Below, piece by piece: positions 39,730-50,215 of a stretch of DNA of 64,000 bases (within the stretch, counting starts at the first letter, position 1; each line of letters starts with the position of its first letter). Source of the stretch: Bacteroidales bacterium (lineage in GTDB: Bacteria; Bacteroidota; Bacteroidia; Bacteroidales; VadinHA17); assembly GCA_049294275.1 (NCBI GenBank), contig JBAQCQ010000050.1, positions 7,729 through 71,728 on the forward strand, in the 5' to 3' direction. The notes beneath the pieces were generated by a model. That model had not been told where the DNA came from. It ran no database searches and was given only the letters and a program-made list of their open reading frames with translations. Both the position numbers and the translations under genes were made by a program.

Positions 39730-40941
39730 CTATTCGAACTGCAGGATAGCCTTTGTGATCAGGGCTATGGCATCGCGGAGTTGCTCCTCAGTTATGACCA
39801 GGGGAGGGGCGAACCGTATGATATGTCCATGTGTTGGTTTTGCAAGAACTCCAAGCTCAGCCATTGTGAGGCACACATCCCATGCCTCCTTGCCGTTCTT
39901 CGGCCTGATAACGATAGCGTTGAGCAGCCCTTTTCCCCTAACCAGTTCAATCATGTCAGATTTCACGGCTCTCATCTCATCACGGAAGATCTTCCCGAGT
40001 TTCTCTGCCTTTTCAGCCAGTTTCTCCTCTCTGACAACCTCGAGGGCGGCAATCGCCACCTTTCCGGCAAGCGGATTTCCCCCGAAGGTGGAGCCGTGTT
40101 CACCCGGCTTGATGGTAAGCATAATCTCATCATCGGCAAGCACTGCCGAGATTGGAATGACCCCCCCTGAAAGCGCTTTGCCAAGAATTAAAATGTCAGG
40201 CCTGACTCCCTCATGCTCGCATGCCAGCAGCTTACCTGTCCGGGCAATGCCCGTCTGCACTTCGTCGGCAATGAAGAGGACATTCTTCTGCCTGCACATA
40301 TCATAAGCCTTTCTTATATATCCTTCATCGGGTACGAAGACACCGGCCTCACCCTGGATGGGCTCCACGAGGAAGCCTGCCACATCGGGGTCGGCTAGCG
40401 CTTTCCCGAGCGCGGGCAAATCGTTGTAGGGAATGGTGATAAAGCCCGGAGTGAAAGGACCGTAGTCCTTGCGGGCATCCGGATCGGTCGACATGGAGAC
40501 GATCGTGATCGTGCGGCCGTGAAAGTTGCCTTCACACACGATGATCTTCGCCTGGTTCTGACTTATTCCCTTTTTAAGGTATGCCCATTTGCGGCAGAGC
40601 TTAAGGGCAGTCTCATCGGCCTCAGCTCCCGTATTCATGGGAAGAATCTTGTCATAACCAAAATACTTCGTTATATACTCCTCATATTCGCCAAGAACGG
40701 AGTTGAAAAAAGCCCTGGATGTAAGAGTCAGCTTTTGCGCCTGTTCCACAAGTGCCGCAGTTATCTTCGGATGGCAATGTCCCTGGTTGACGGCTGAATA
40801 GGCAGAGAGAAAATCATAGTACCGTTTTCCCTCCACATCCCAGACAAACGGTCCCTGTCCCCGGTCAAGCACCACGGGCAGGGGATGATAGTTATGTGCT
40901 CCGTATTTCTCTTCTCTTTCAATATAATCATGAAGTTGCAT
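39730..40941 (-). CDS. rocD: Ornithine aminotransferase (ornithine--oxo-acid transaminase)
   Basis: 403-aa class-III aminotransferase with [22 protein letters not shown] and the PLP-Lys region LGKALSGG. Confidence 0.92.
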   Translation of the reverse strand: MQLHDYIEREEKYGAHNYHPLPVVLDRGQGPFVWDVEGKRYYDFLSAYSAVNQGHCHPKITAALVEQAQKLTLTSRAFFNSVLGEYEEYITKYFGYDKILPMNTGAEADETALKLCRKWAYLKKGISQNQAKIIVCEGNFHGRTITIVSMSTDPDARKDYGPFTPGFITIPYNDLPALGKALADPDVAGFLVEPIQGEAGVFVPDEGYIRKAYDMCRQKNVLFIADEVQTGIARTGKLLACEHEGVRPDILILGKALSGGVIPISAVLADDEIMLTIKPGEHGSTFGGNPLAGKVAIAALEVVREEKLAEKAEKLGKIFRDEMRAVKSDMIELVRGKGLLNAIVIRPKNGKEAWDVCLTMAELGVLAKPTHGHIIRFAPPLVITEEQLRDAIALITKAILQFE

Positions 40942-41015
40942 AGCTCTTATGTTTTATTTTGTTCTCAGCGGGAGGCAATGTTACAAACCTTTTTCGACAA
41001 AAAGAAAGGAATGAA

Positions 41016-41699
41016 TCATGATTCTTCACCGAGAAGATCCGGTCTTTTTTCCCGGGTCAGGCGAACCGACTGCTCGAAGCGCCATTTTTCAATTTCCGGT
41101 GTATTGCCGCCGGTCAGGATGTCCGGTACCTTCCATCCCATGAATTCGGCCGGCCTGGTATAAACCGGCGGTGCCAGGAGGTTATCCTGGAAGGAGTCGG
41201 AGAGGGCTGATTCAACATCGGAGATGGCCCCGGGCATCAGTCTTACAATGGCATCGGTTATCACTGCAGCCGGGAGCTCTCCCCCGGAAAGCACATAGTC
41301 TCCGATGGATATTTCGCGGGTGATCAGATGGTCCCTGATACGCTGGTCTATCCCTTTATAGTGACCTGCAAGAATGATCAGATTCTCCTTCATCGACAGT
41401 TCGTTTGCCAGTTGCTGGCTGAAACGCGTTCCGTCAGGAGAGGTATAGATGATTTCATCATAGGGCCTCTGCGAGGTGAGGTGTTTGATGCAGTTATAAA
41501 CAGGCTCAATCATCATCACCATGCCGGCACCGCCTCCGAAGGGATAATCGTCGGTACTCCTGTGTTTGTCAGTAGAATATTCGCGCAGGTTGATAATGTT
41601 GATTTCGACAATGCCACGGGCCCTGGCTCTTTTGATAATCGACTCATCAAAGGGACTCCTGAGCAGTTCAGGCAGTACTGTTATTATGTCAATTCTCAT
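41016..41699 (-). CDS. trmD: tRNA (guanine37-N1)-methyltransferase
   Basis: 227 aa with [11 protein letters not shown]..., GGGAGMVM and [11 protein letters not shown], which are TrmD hallmarks. Confidence 0.95.
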   Translation of the reverse strand: MRIDIITVLPELLRSPFDESIIKRARARGIVEINIINLREYSTDKHRSTDDYPFGGGAGMVMMIEPVYNCIKHLTSQRPYDEIIYTSPDGTRFSQQLANELSMKENLIILAGHYKGIDQRIRDHLITREISIGDYVLSGGELPAAVITDAIVRLMPGAISDVESALSDSFQDNLLAPPVYTRPAEFMGWKVPDILTGGNTPEIEKWRFEQSVRLTREKRPDLLGEES

Positions 41700-41736
41700 A
41701 AAATTCCTGTTTGGTAAATCTAATACAGTTTTCTTG

Positions 41737-41744
41737 TATATTTG
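41737..41744 (+). promoter_or_regulatory. Candidate -7 promoter box (TAnnTTTG) for yegP
   Basis: Exact match tatatttg, 42 nt upstream of ATG 41787. Confidence 0.4.
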
Positions 41745-41786
41745 AAAACGACATGTCGAAATTAACCTATAAAGAAATTTAGAAAA

Positions 41787-42119
41787 ATGGGAAAATTTGT
41801 TATCACGAAGAGGAAAAACGGTGAGTTTCAGTTCAATCTTCTTGCCGGCAATGGCCAGGTGATCCTTGCAAGCGAGGGTTATGCCTCAAAACCCTCATGC
41901 ATGAACGGAGTAAAATCTGTCATGAAGAATGCCGCCGATGCAAAGAGGTTTGAGTCAAAGGTAGCCAGGAACGGCAAGGTCCACTTCAACCTGAAGGCAA
42001 CCAACGGACAGGTCATTGGCAAGAGCGAGATGTATGACACAACAGCCAGCTGTGAAAACGGAATTGTATCTGTGAAGAAGAATGCACCTGGTGCAACAAT
42101 TGAAGACAAGACAAAGTAG
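41787..42119 (+). CDS. yegP: YegP-family protein (tandem DUF1508)
   Basis: 110 aa with two DUF1508 repeats ([19 protein letters not shown] and [18 protein letters not shown]). Confidence 0.85.
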   Translation: MGKFVITKRKNGEFQFNLLAGNGQVILASEGYASKPSCMNGVKSVMKNAADAKRFESKVARNGKVHFNLKATNGQVIGKSEMYDTTASCENGIVSVKKNAPGATIEDKTK

Positions 42120-42125
42120 GTTGTC

Positions 42126-43814
42126 CTATTTATCTCTTTCGCAGACGATCTTTCCGTCTGTGATAGTATAATCAGCTTTCACTGACATAATCATCCCCTC
42201 GGTGATATTGAAAATATCTTCTGAGAGAATGGTTATGTCTGCTAAATAGCCCTCCTTCAGCATCCCTTTCCTCTCGTCTGTGAACTGGGCGTATGAAGCC
42301 CCAAGTGTATAGTACTCAATGGCTTTTTCCATGGATATCTTTTCCATCGGGAACCAGCCTTCGCCCTCTTCTCCCTTTCGGTCTTTACGCGTCACGGCCG
42401 CATACAAACCCTCCATGGGGTTCAGAGGCTCGACGGAGTAGTCTGTGCCAAAGGCCAGTCTTGCCCCGCTGTCGGCAAGGCTCTTCCAGGCATAGGCCAG
42501 GCGACTGCGTTCAGAGCCGATACGTTTTTCGGCAAAACGCTTGTCGGTGATGCAGTGGACAGGCTGCATGGATGCAATGACACCAAGTCCTGCAAAACGC
42601 GGGATATCCTCCTCAATAAGTATCTGTGCATGTTCGGAGCGGTGCCGGCTGTCGCGGGAACCATTGACATCACGCGCCTTTTCAAATGCGTTGAGAATCC
42701 AGTTGTTGGCTTTCGGACCGATGGCATGAATCCCGATCTGAAACCCCCGGCTGTCGGCAGCCACGACTCTCTTTTCAAGCTCTTCATAGCTCATCTGGGG
42801 CAGTCCGGTCTTGTCTGGCTCGTCATTGAACGGTTCGAACATCATTGCAGTGGCCGATCCCAGTGTGCCGTCCATGAAATCCTTCAGGTAACCGAACCTA
42901 ATCCAGTCGCCTGAGGAGGGATACTTCTTCCTCAATTGCTCATACCTTTCAAGTTTATCAGAGTCGGCTGTCAACTCGCCTCCAATATCAATGCGGCAGG
43001 TGAGCATCCCCGCAGTCCTGATCGAATCATACATGTCAAAATTGGCGCTTCCGGGGATCTGAATGCTTGTAATACCATACTCCGCAGCCTGGCGCAGGGC
43101 AGTAATATATCCGCGCCACTCTTTCTCCCTGGCCTCTTCAGGACTCATCTCCGTTTTAACCGCCCCTGTCTTTATGAGCTCCATGGCGCTCTCCTTGAGA
43201 ATACCCGTCGGTTCACCCGAGACGGGGTCTTTCATTATCTCACCGCCAAACGGGTCTGGCGTGTTTCGAGTGATGCCAGAGTTGTCCAGCACAAAACTGT
43301 TGACCAGGACACTGTGGCCGTCCGTGCGGCGGAGCACCACGGGATTGTCCGGGGAGACGGCATCGATAAGCTCTTTGGCTGGCCAGTCACGGGTGGTGAA
43401 CATCTCATGCTCCCAGTGTCCTCCGTAGATGAGCTGACCCTTTTTCGACCTGGCCACCTGCTCCCTGACCCGCTCTGTAATTACAGACGGGTCAGTCACG
43501 TACCGCAGCTCAATATAGTCAGGGTCAACCGGTCCGAAATGCGCATGGGCATCATTGAAGCCCGGGATTACAGTACGGCCGCCGGCTTCTATCACCCTGG
43601 TGGCCGAGGGGTCTGTTAGCCTCCTGATCTGGTTGTCACTCCCTACGGCAATGATCTTATTGTCCTTTACAGCTACAGCTTCGGCATAAGGTCTCTGGGA
43701 ATCTTCGGTGATAACCTTGCCGCCGGTGATCACAAGGTCAGCCTTTTCCGTTGCTGAACAACCCGTGGCAACCAGTATTGAAAGTGACATAATTGAAATA
43801 ATTCCTGTTTTCAT
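42126..43814 (-). CDS. Amidohydrolase-family metallo-hydrolase (Amidohydro_3/YtcJ-like), lipoprotein
   Basis: 562 aa with lipobox VATGC and the metal-binding NDAHAHF motif. It has the later HAIGP and SMQPVH segments typical of the TIM-barrel amidohydrolase_3 family. Confidence 0.85.
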   Translation of the reverse strand: MKTGIISIMSLSILVATGCSATEKADLVITGGKVITEDSQRPYAEAVAVKDNKIIAVGSDNQIRRLTDPSATRVIEAGGRTVIPGFNDAHAHFGPVDPDYIELRYVTDPSVITERVREQVARSKKGQLIYGGHWEHEMFTTRDWPAKELIDAVSPDNPVVLRRTDGHSVLVNSFVLDNSGITRNTPDPFGGEIMKDPVSGEPTGILKESAMELIKTGAVKTEMSPEEAREKEWRGYITALRQAAEYGITSIQIPGSANFDMYDSIRTAGMLTCRIDIGGELTADSDKLERYEQLRKKYPSSGDWIRFGYLKDFMDGTLGSATAMMFEPFNDEPDKTGLPQMSYEELEKRVVAADSRGFQIGIHAIGPKANNWILNAFEKARDVNGSRDSRHRSEHAQILIEEDIPRFAGLGVIASMQPVHCITDKRFAEKRIGSERSRLAYAWKSLADSGARLAFGTDYSVEPLNPMEGLYAAVTRKDRKGEEGEGWFPMEKISMEKAIEYYTLGASYAQFTDERKGMLKEGYLADITILSEDIFNITEGMIMSVKADYTITDGKIVCERDK

Positions 43815-43907
43815 GAGAATGATTTATCATAACCTGTGCAAGATATAGAAATTGACATTATTTTAGTTGCCCGGTTACCTGTGTTTTAAACTCCAATATC
43901 TGAAACT

Positions 43908-45191
43908 ATGAAAAACAAGACTATCCCTCCGGGGTATCTCTTCACAAAGAGCTATTCGAATTATGTGTTCATCCTTCTGTTCCTGCTGTACCTGTTCGAT
44001 TATGCTGACAGGATGGTCGTCAGTTCAATGTTCTCATATATCCAGGCAGACCTGGGAATCAACGATTTTCAGTCGGGCTGGCTGGTCTCGGTGATCTATC
44101 TCACGATAGGCCTGATAACCTTTCCCGTCTCACTTGTAATAGACAGGTGGAGCAGGACTAAAACGGTGGGCATCATGGCGATAGTCTGGAGCCTTGCAAC
44201 ACTTCTCTGCGCCTTCACAGGGAATTATGTCCAGCTTTTCCTTGCACGAGTGCTGATAGGCTTTGGCGAAGCCGGATATGCCCCCGGCGGCAGCGCCCTC
44301 ATTTCCGGGATGTACCCGATGGAAAAACGTTCGAAGATGATGGGCCTGTGGAATGCCTCCATACCGATTGGTTCTGCCATTGGTGTGACCATGGGCGGTA
44401 TCATTGCAAGCACATGGGGCTGGAAACATGCCTTCGGGCTGGTTGCCATTCCCGGCCTGTTTATTGCAATACTGTTCCTCTTCGTAAAGGATTATAAAAC
44501 CGTTGCTCTGTCAAAAGTCGATGAATCCAACCAGAAGATTAAGATGGAGAGGAAGGATATCGCAAAAGAGTTTCTGAGGAAGCCTTCAGTGATATTCACC
44601 TATTTTGCAATGACCGCAATAGTATTTGTCACAACTGCCCTGATGGTCTGGTTGCCGAAGTATTTCCAGGTTACCAACGGCATGGATCCTAAAAAAGCCG
44701 GAAGCCTTGCAGGTGCCGTGATGATGCTTGCACTGGTGGGCGCTCCTCTCGGCGGATACATTATTGACCGCTGGAGAAAAACAATGCCTACCGCGCGGAT
44801 GATCTATCCTGCCATTTCGACCTTTATATCGGCACTGCTACTCTTCCTGGCACTTTATATATTCAAGGGTACATTGCAGCTGGTTACCCTGTTCATATTC
44901 GGGATCTTCATAATGCAGTTCATAAGCGGAGCTGCAGCAGTAACACAGGATGTGATTCATCCCGGACTGCGTGCAACCTCGTATGCAATAGCTGTCCTGG
45001 TGCAGAATCTTCTCGGATCCTTCACGGCCCCAATAGCACTGGGGCGCATCTCAGACCTGACCAATATCAAAACTGCCGTAAGCATCCTTCCTTTTTCGCT
45101 GCTTCTTGGCGCCCTGCTGTTCCTGATAGGAGCAAGTTATTATATCAAGGATCTGAAAAAGGTTGCACCCATAAAACTTGAGGCACAATAA
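43908..45191 (+). CDS. MFS transporter
   Basis: 427 aa with about 12 TM segments and the MFS loop motif DRWSRTK between TM2 and TM3. Confidence 0.85.
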   Translation: MKNKTIPPGYLFTKSYSNYVFILLFLLYLFDYADRMVVSSMFSYIQADLGINDFQSGWLVSVIYLTIGLITFPVSLVIDRWSRTKTVGIMAIVWSLATLLCAFTGNYVQLFLARVLIGFGEAGYAPGGSALISGMYPMEKRSKMMGLWNASIPIGSAIGVTMGGIIASTWGWKHAFGLVAIPGLFIAILFLFVKDYKTVALSKVDESNQKIKMERKDIAKEFLRKPSVIFTYFAMTAIVFVTTALMVWLPKYFQVTNGMDPKKAGSLAGAVMMLALVGAPLGGYIIDRWRKTMPTARMIYPAISTFISALLLFLALYIFKGTLQLVTLFIFGIFIMQFISGAAAVTQDVIHPGLRATSYAIAVLVQNLLGSFTAPIALGRISDLTNIKTAVSILPFSLLLGALLFLIGASYYIKDLKKVAPIKLEAQ

Positions 45192-45349
45192 ATAAGTGCT
45201 GCCCTGCGCGGGTACTGCTTCATCTGCTTTGGTATTGAAGAGGCCGGCCCTGCAGTTGAACCGGGTCATCATGCCCAATTCCTGCCTCCGGATTCATCGG
45301 GGCAGTTAGAGACATTATGGCAATGGCTGACGTTTTGAATTAATTATAG

Positions 45350-45357
45350 TAGATTTG
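45350..45357 (+). promoter_or_regulatory. Candidate -7 promoter box (TAnnTTTG) for lepB
   Basis: Exact match tagatttg, 19 nt upstream of ATG 45377. Confidence 0.4.
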
Positions 45358-45376
45358 CAGCGAAAATTCCGGAAAG

Positions 45377-46777
45377 ATGAAAGAGTTATTGCATAACAAA
45401 TTCTTTAAATTTGGCGTAGCTGCCGTGCTTTTCATATTGTGGGTCCTATGGATAGGCAACTTCTGGCTGCTCCTTGGCCTGCCAGTAGTGTTTGACATCT
45501 ATATAAGCAAGAAGGTCAACTGGGCTTTCTGGAAGAAGCGTCACGGAAAGAACAGCACTGTGATCGAATGGCTTGATGCCCTGATCTTCGCAGTGATAGC
45601 CGTAACCCTCATCAATATCTTCCTTTTCCAGAACTACCGTATCCCCACGCCCTCAATGGAGAAGACCCTCCTCGTGGGTGATCATCTTGCGGTTAGCAAG
45701 GTTGCCTATGGCCCGCGCATGCCGAACACCCCCGTTGCCTTCCCCTTTACACAGCATACAATGCCCTTTACTGGCGGCAAGGGAAAGTCATGGTCAGACC
45801 TGGTCCACTGGAAATACAAGAGACTCAAGGGATTCGGACATGTGAAAAATGATGATATAGTGGTATTCAACTTCCCGGCAGGTGATACCGTCTGTCTCGA
45901 ACAGCAGGCAATCAGTTACTATGAGATACTCAGGGAACAGACCGAGATGTTCACCGCAGAGGATATCAGGGCGGGAAGAGCGCCCAGGAGCAAGGAGGAG
46001 TACTATGCCAGGGCAAGGCAGATGGTCTGGAATGAGTACACGGTCATCTACAGACCCGTTGACCGCCGCGATAATTACGTTAAGAGATGTATTGGCATAC
46101 CCGGCGATACGATAAGGATCAGCGGAGGAAAACTCTTTGTGAATAACACTGAGGCGAAGGTGCATGATACCCAGCAGACCTCATACTATGTACGTACCAA
46201 CGGCACCCGCATTAACCCAAAGGCCTTCGAGAGAATGGGTGTTTCGAAGTCTGACCAGTCTCTAATGCTGTCGGGCACAGTTTACAGGCTTCCCCTGACG
46301 GCGGAAAATGCTCAGACCATCTCCGGCTTTGCCAATGTAACGGGCATCGAGGCCGACTACAACAGGCCGGGTGAATATACCCCGGCAGTCTTCCCCCATG
46401 ATCCGCAGTACAGATGGAACCAGGATAACTTCGGCCCTCTCTGGATACCGAAAAAAGGAACCACTGTGATGATTGACATGACCAATATCAGTCTATATAC
46501 ATCTATAATAGATATCTACGAGGAGAACGACCTTGAGATCCGTGACAGCCTGATCCTGATAAACGGCAAGCCTGCTGAATCCTACACCTTTAAAATGGAT
46601 TACTACTGGATGATGGGCGACAACCGGCATGGCTCATCCGATTCGCGGTACTGGGGCTTCGTCCCTGAGGATCACATCGTCGGCAGACCAGTTCTGGTCT
46701 GGCTCTCGATCGACAAGGAGGCCGATGGCTTCAGGAAGATAAGGTTCAACAGGTTTTTCAAGGGAGCCAAAAGGTAA
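45377..46777 (+). CDS. lepB: Signal peptidase I (long Bacteroidota form)
   Basis: 466 aa with the catalytic Ser box PTPSMEKTL, Lys box YVKRCIGIPGD and GDNRHGSSDSRYWGFVP. Confidence 0.9.
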   Translation: MKELLHNKFFKFGVAAVLFILWVLWIGNFWLLLGLPVVFDIYISKKVNWAFWKKRHGKNSTVIEWLDALIFAVIAVTLINIFLFQNYRIPTPSMEKTLLVGDHLAVSKVAYGPRMPNTPVAFPFTQHTMPFTGGKGKSWSDLVHWKYKRLKGFGHVKNDDIVVFNFPAGDTVCLEQQAISYYEILREQTEMFTAEDIRAGRAPRSKEEYYARARQMVWNEYTVIYRPVDRRDNYVKRCIGIPGDTIRISGGKLFVNNTEAKVHDTQQTSYYVRTNGTRINPKAFERMGVSKSDQSLMLSGTVYRLPLTAENAQTISGFANVTGIEADYNRPGEYTPAVFPHDPQYRWNQDNFGPLWIPKKGTTVMIDMTNISLYTSIIDIYEENDLEIRDSLILINGKPAESYTFKMDYYWMMGDNRHGSSDSRYWGFVPEDHIVGRPVLVWLSIDKEADGFRKIRFNRFFKGAKR

Positions 46778-46778
46778 T

Positions 46779-46827
46779 TTGCGATTGTCGATTGGCCGAT
46801 TAAATCGAAAATCGAAAATCGATAATA
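46779..46827. repeat. Period-7 tandem array starting 2 nt after the lepB stop codon
   Basis: ttgcgat tgtcgat tggccga ttaaatc gaaaatc gaaaatc gataata, running directly into the terminator A-tract. Confidence 0.85.
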
Positions 46828-46853
46828 AAAAAGCGGGTCTCGCCCGCTTTTTT
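46827..46853. terminator. Bidirectional rho-independent terminator shared by lepB (+) and rplT (-)
   Basis: aaaaaaGCGGGtctcgCCCGCtttttt: a 5-bp GC stem extendable through the A/T tracts, with an A6 run on one side and a T6 run on the other. Confidence 0.8.
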
Positions 46854-47200
46854 CTATTCTTTCACTTTATCCACTATCGCCTTGAAGGCTTCAGGGTGAT
46901 TCATCGCCAGGTCGGCGAGAGTCTTGCGGTTGAGGGCGATGCCCTTCTTCTCAAGCCCGCCGATGAACTGCGAGTAACTCATTCCGTGAACGCGTACTCC
47001 TGCGTTGATCCTCTGGATCCACAATGCGCGGAACTGTCCCTTCTTGTCTTTGCGGTCACGGTATGCATAGCCGAGACCCTCTCAAGCACGTTCTTGGCAG
47101 CGGTGTAAACGTTGGAGTTGCTGCCGAAGTACCCTTTTGTCTGCTTGAAGATCTTCTTTCTTCTTGCCTTTGATGCTGGTGCGTTTGTTGCTCTTGGCAT
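46854..47200 (-). pseudogene. rplT: 50S ribosomal protein L20 gene with a 1-nt frameshift (347 nt instead of 348); probably a homopolymer miscall rather than a dead gene
   Basis: Frame 0 from ATG 47200 gives [41 protein letters not shown] and then non-L20 sequence ending at 46979. The -1 frame from the GGG run (plus-strand ccc 47077-47079) gives [74 protein letters not shown], with the stop at 46856-46854. Confidence 0.85.
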
Positions 47201-47302
47201 TTTCTTTTACTCATTTTCGGATGTAAGCGCCCATCAGGGTCTTTTAAGCTTCACATCCAGGTTAATAATTCAATTGATTATCACGCTGACAGGTCGTATC
47301 TG

Positions 47303-47500
47303 TTACTTCAGACCGAGCATAAGCTTCACATTCTTTTCATCAGTCTTGTCCACGAGGCCGCCGTATGTAAGATTCCTCTTACGCTTGGTCGACTTCTTGG
47401 TAAGGATGTGGCTCTTGAATGCATGCTTGCGCTTGATCTTACCTGTACCGGTCAGAGAAAACCTCTTCTTTGCTCCCGGATTTACTTTCATTTTTGGCAT
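47303..47500 (-). CDS. rpmI: 50S ribosomal protein L35
   Basis: 65 aa, [36 protein letters not shown]..., a full-length L35 pattern lying between infC and rplT. Confidence 0.95.
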   Translation of the reverse strand: MPKMKVNPGAKKRFSLTGTGKIKRKHAFKSHILTKKSTKRKRNLTYGGLVDKTDEKNVKLMLGLK

Positions 47501-47526
47501 GTTATATATATGTGTATAAAAAATTT

Positions 47527-48081
47527 CTACTTTTTTTTCTTCGGTGAGAGGATGATGATCATTCTCTTTCCCTCCAGCCTCGGCGTCTGGTCAACCTTGC
47601 CGTACTCATCCAGGTCGGCAACAAAACGTGCCAGCAGCTTTTCTCCCTGGTCCTTGAAGAGTATCGACCTTCCCTTGAAGAATACGTAAGCCCTTACCTT
47701 GGCGCCCTCCTCGAGGAAATTGATTGCATGCTTCAGCTTGAAGTTGTAATCGTGGTCGTCAGTGTTGGGTCCGAAACGTATCTCCTTCACAACAATTTTG
47801 GCTGCATTTGCCTTGATCTCCTTCTGTTTCTTCTTCTGCTGGTACAGAAACTTCTGGTAATCAACGATCTTGCAGACAGGTGGTTCAGCATTGGGAGATA
47901 TCTCAACAAGATCAAGCTCCATCTCATCTGCCAGACTGAGGGCATCCCTGATGTCCATTACCTTCGGCTCGATGTTTTCACCCACAACCCTTACTGTTCT
48001 GGCTGTAATCCTGTTGTTAATCCGGTGTTCCGGTTCGGGTTTTCTTCCCGGCCTGGGCCTGGAAAAGATCGGTCCTGCTAT
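47527..48081 (-). CDS. infC: Translation initiation factor IF-3, non-canonical start codon (exact start uncertain)
   Basis: The track ORF starts at an internal GTG (47985). The frame is open upstream to TAA at 48099-48097 and encodes the conserved IF-3 N-terminal motif [18 protein letters not shown]. There is no ATG, GTG or TTG in that stretch. Candidate starts are CTG 48096, ATA 48081, ATC 48069 and ATT 48021. Confidence 0.88.
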   Translation of the reverse strand: MAGPIFSRPRPGRKPEPEHRINNRITARTVRVVGENIEPKVMDIRDALSLADEMELDLVEISPNAEPPVCKIVDYQKFLYQQKKKQKEIKANAAKIVVKEIRFGPNTDDHDYNFKLKHAINFLEEGAKVRAYVFFKGRSILFKDQGEKLLARFVADLDEYGKVDQTPRLEGKRMIIILSPKKKK

Positions 48082-48127
48082 TGTATTGTCCTCCAGTTAA
48101 ATTAATACTATGTTTAAAATCAATCAC

Positions 48128-50068
48128 TTAATTTCCAATTTCCTTCAAAATCTCCTCCTTCACAAGGCTGAGGAAATCTTCCGGTTTCATAACCCCCTTA
48201 TCGCCTTCACCCTGCCTTCTGACAGAAACTGTTCCGGCTTCAACCTCTTTTTCTCCTATCACAAGAAGGTAGGGGATCCTCTTTAACTCATTATCCCTTA
48301 TCTTCTTACCTATCTTTTCGCTCCTGTCGTCAATCAGGGTGCGAATATCGGAATTATTAAGGAGATTTGAAATAGTTTTTGAATAATCATTGAATTTTTC
48401 GCTGATGGGTAGTACCACAGCCTGATCAGGTGTTAGCCAGAGCGGAAATTTCCCTGCGGTGTTTTCAATAAGAACAGCCATAAACCGCTCCATGGATCCG
48501 AAGATGGCCCTGTGTATCATGACCGGCTGGTGCTTCTGGTTGTCACTTCCGTTATATGTCAGTTCGAACCGCTCCGGCAGGTTATAATCGACCTGTATCG
48601 TCCCCAGCTGCCACTTGCGGCCGATCGCATCCCTGACCATGAAGTCGAGCTTGGGTCCGTAGAATGCAGCCTCACCAATGGCAATGGTGGTGATGAGGTT
48701 CTTCTCGCCGGCTGCTTCGATAATGGCCTTTTCCGCCTTCTCCCAGTTCTCGTCGGTGCCGATATACTTTTCCTTTTTTTCCGGATCGCGCAGCGATATC
48801 TGCGCGGTGAACTCGTTGAAACCGGCGATTTTGAAAATATACTGAACCAGGTCAATAATGCTCTTGAATTCCTCCTTCAACTGGTCGGGACGGCAGAAGT
48901 GGTGCGCATCGTCCTGTGTGAAGCTGCGTACCCTTGTCAGTCCGTGCAGCTCACCGCTCTGTTCATAACGGTAAACGGTACCGAACTCGGCCATTCTTAT
49001 CGGGAGCTCCCTGTAGGAGTGGGGTGTGGCGTTGAAGATCTCGCAGTGGTGCGGACAGTTCATCGGCTTGAGCATGAAGACTTCACCCTCCTGTGGAGTG
49101 GTTATCGGCCTGAAGGAGTCAGCTCCGTACTTCTCGAAGTGGCCCGAGGTCTTGTAGAGCTCAACATTCCCAATGTGCGGTGTAGAAACCATTACGTAGC
49201 CTCTCTCTTTCAGAACCCTGGTCATGAAATCGATAAGCCTCTGCTTCATGTCAGCCCCTTTGGGCAGCCAGAGAGGCAGTCCCATTCCTACCCTTGGTGA
49301 AAATGCGAAGAGCTCAAGCTCCTTTCCAATGCGGCGGTGGTCACGCTTGCGGGCCTCCTCGAGCATTACCATGTATTCATCAAGCATTTTCTGCTTCGGA
49401 AAGGTGATGCCGTAAATGCGCGTCATCATCTTCCGCTTTTCATCTCCCCGCCAGTAGGCACCGGCAAGACTGAGAACCTTGATTGCTTTTATTGATGAGG
49501 TATCAGGCAGGTGCGGTCCGCGGCACAGATCGGTGAAGTTACCCTGACGGTACAGGGTGATTGTGCCGTCTTCGAGCTCCGATATGAGTTCTGTCTTGTA
49601 TTCATCACCCTTTGCAGTGAAGAGATCCTTTGCCTCTTTCTTGCTGACTTCCATACGTATAATGGGACTGTTCCTTGCAGCCAGTTCCTTCATCTTTTCC
49701 TCAACGAGGGGCAGGTCGGCGTCAGTGATCACTTTTCCTTCACCCGGATCGACATCATAGTAAAACCCGTTTTCAACAGCCGGCCCGATGCCGAACTTAA
49801 TACCCGGCCAGAGCACCTCGAGCGCCTCCGCCATCAGATGAGCTGACGAGTGCCAGAAGGCATGCTTCGCCTCCGCATCGTCCCACTTGTGCAGACGAAG
49901 GGTGGCATCTGTCATGATGGGGCGCGAGAGATCCCACAACTCACCGTTGACCGTAGCTGAATAGACCTCCGCGGCAAGTCCCTTGCTGATCGACTTCGCA
50001 ATTTCGTAGCTGCTTACCCCCTTGCTGAACTCTCTGAATGAGCCGTCGGGAAAGGTGATCCTGATCAT
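48128..50068 (-). CDS. thrS: Threonine--tRNA ligase
   Basis: 646 aa with an N-terminal TGS domain, the editing-domain motif HSSAHLMA, a class II catalytic core and an anticodon-binding domain. It is the first gene of the thrS-infC-rpmI-rplT string. Confidence 0.97.
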   Translation of the reverse strand: MIRITFPDGSFREFSKGVSSYEIAKSISKGLAAEVYSATVNGELWDLSRPIMTDATLRLHKWDDAEAKHAFWHSSAHLMAEALEVLWPGIKFGIGPAVENGFYYDVDPGEGKVITDADLPLVEEKMKELAARNSPIIRMEVSKKEAKDLFTAKGDEYKTELISELEDGTITLYRQGNFTDLCRGPHLPDTSSIKAIKVLSLAGAYWRGDEKRKMMTRIYGITFPKQKMLDEYMVMLEEARKRDHRRIGKELELFAFSPRVGMGLPLWLPKGADMKQRLIDFMTRVLKERGYVMVSTPHIGNVELYKTSGHFEKYGADSFRPITTPQEGEVFMLKPMNCPHHCEIFNATPHSYRELPIRMAEFGTVYRYEQSGELHGLTRVRSFTQDDAHHFCRPDQLKEEFKSIIDLVQYIFKIAGFNEFTAQISLRDPEKKEKYIGTDENWEKAEKAIIEAAGEKNLITTIAIGEAAFYGPKLDFMVRDAIGRKWQLGTIQVDYNLPERFELTYNGSDNQKHQPVMIHRAIFGSMERFMAVLIENTAGKFPLWLTPDQAVVLPISEKFNDYSKTISNLLNNSDIRTLIDDRSEKIGKKIRDNELKRIPYLLVIGEKEVEAGTVSVRRQGEGDKGVMKPEDFLSLVKEEILKEIGN

Positions 50069-50090
50069 TTTTCAAATTTTAAATAGTTTG

Positions 50091-50098
50091 CAAAGATA
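50091..50098 (-). promoter_or_regulatory. Candidate -7 promoter box (TAnnTTTG on the minus strand) for thrS-infC-rpmI-rplT
   Basis: Plus-strand caaagata is tatctttg on the minus strand, 22 nt upstream of ATG 50068. Confidence 0.4.
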
Positions 50099-50215
50099 AT
50101 GATTTTTAAAGGATCTTAAACAGCTCCTCCATGCATGGTAAAACCCATCCGTTTGTGGAAATTATTAATTGGCACAGATTTTGGATTTAACAAAACAGCA
50201 CTAATAACGGCAGTC

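Noticed and set aside
46779-47519. Plus-strand ORFs 46779-47108 and 47112-47519
   Set aside because: They lie opposite rplT and rpmI, whose translations are full-length ribosomal protein matches once the rplT frameshift is taken into account. The first ORF also begins inside a heptad array and reads through the terminator.
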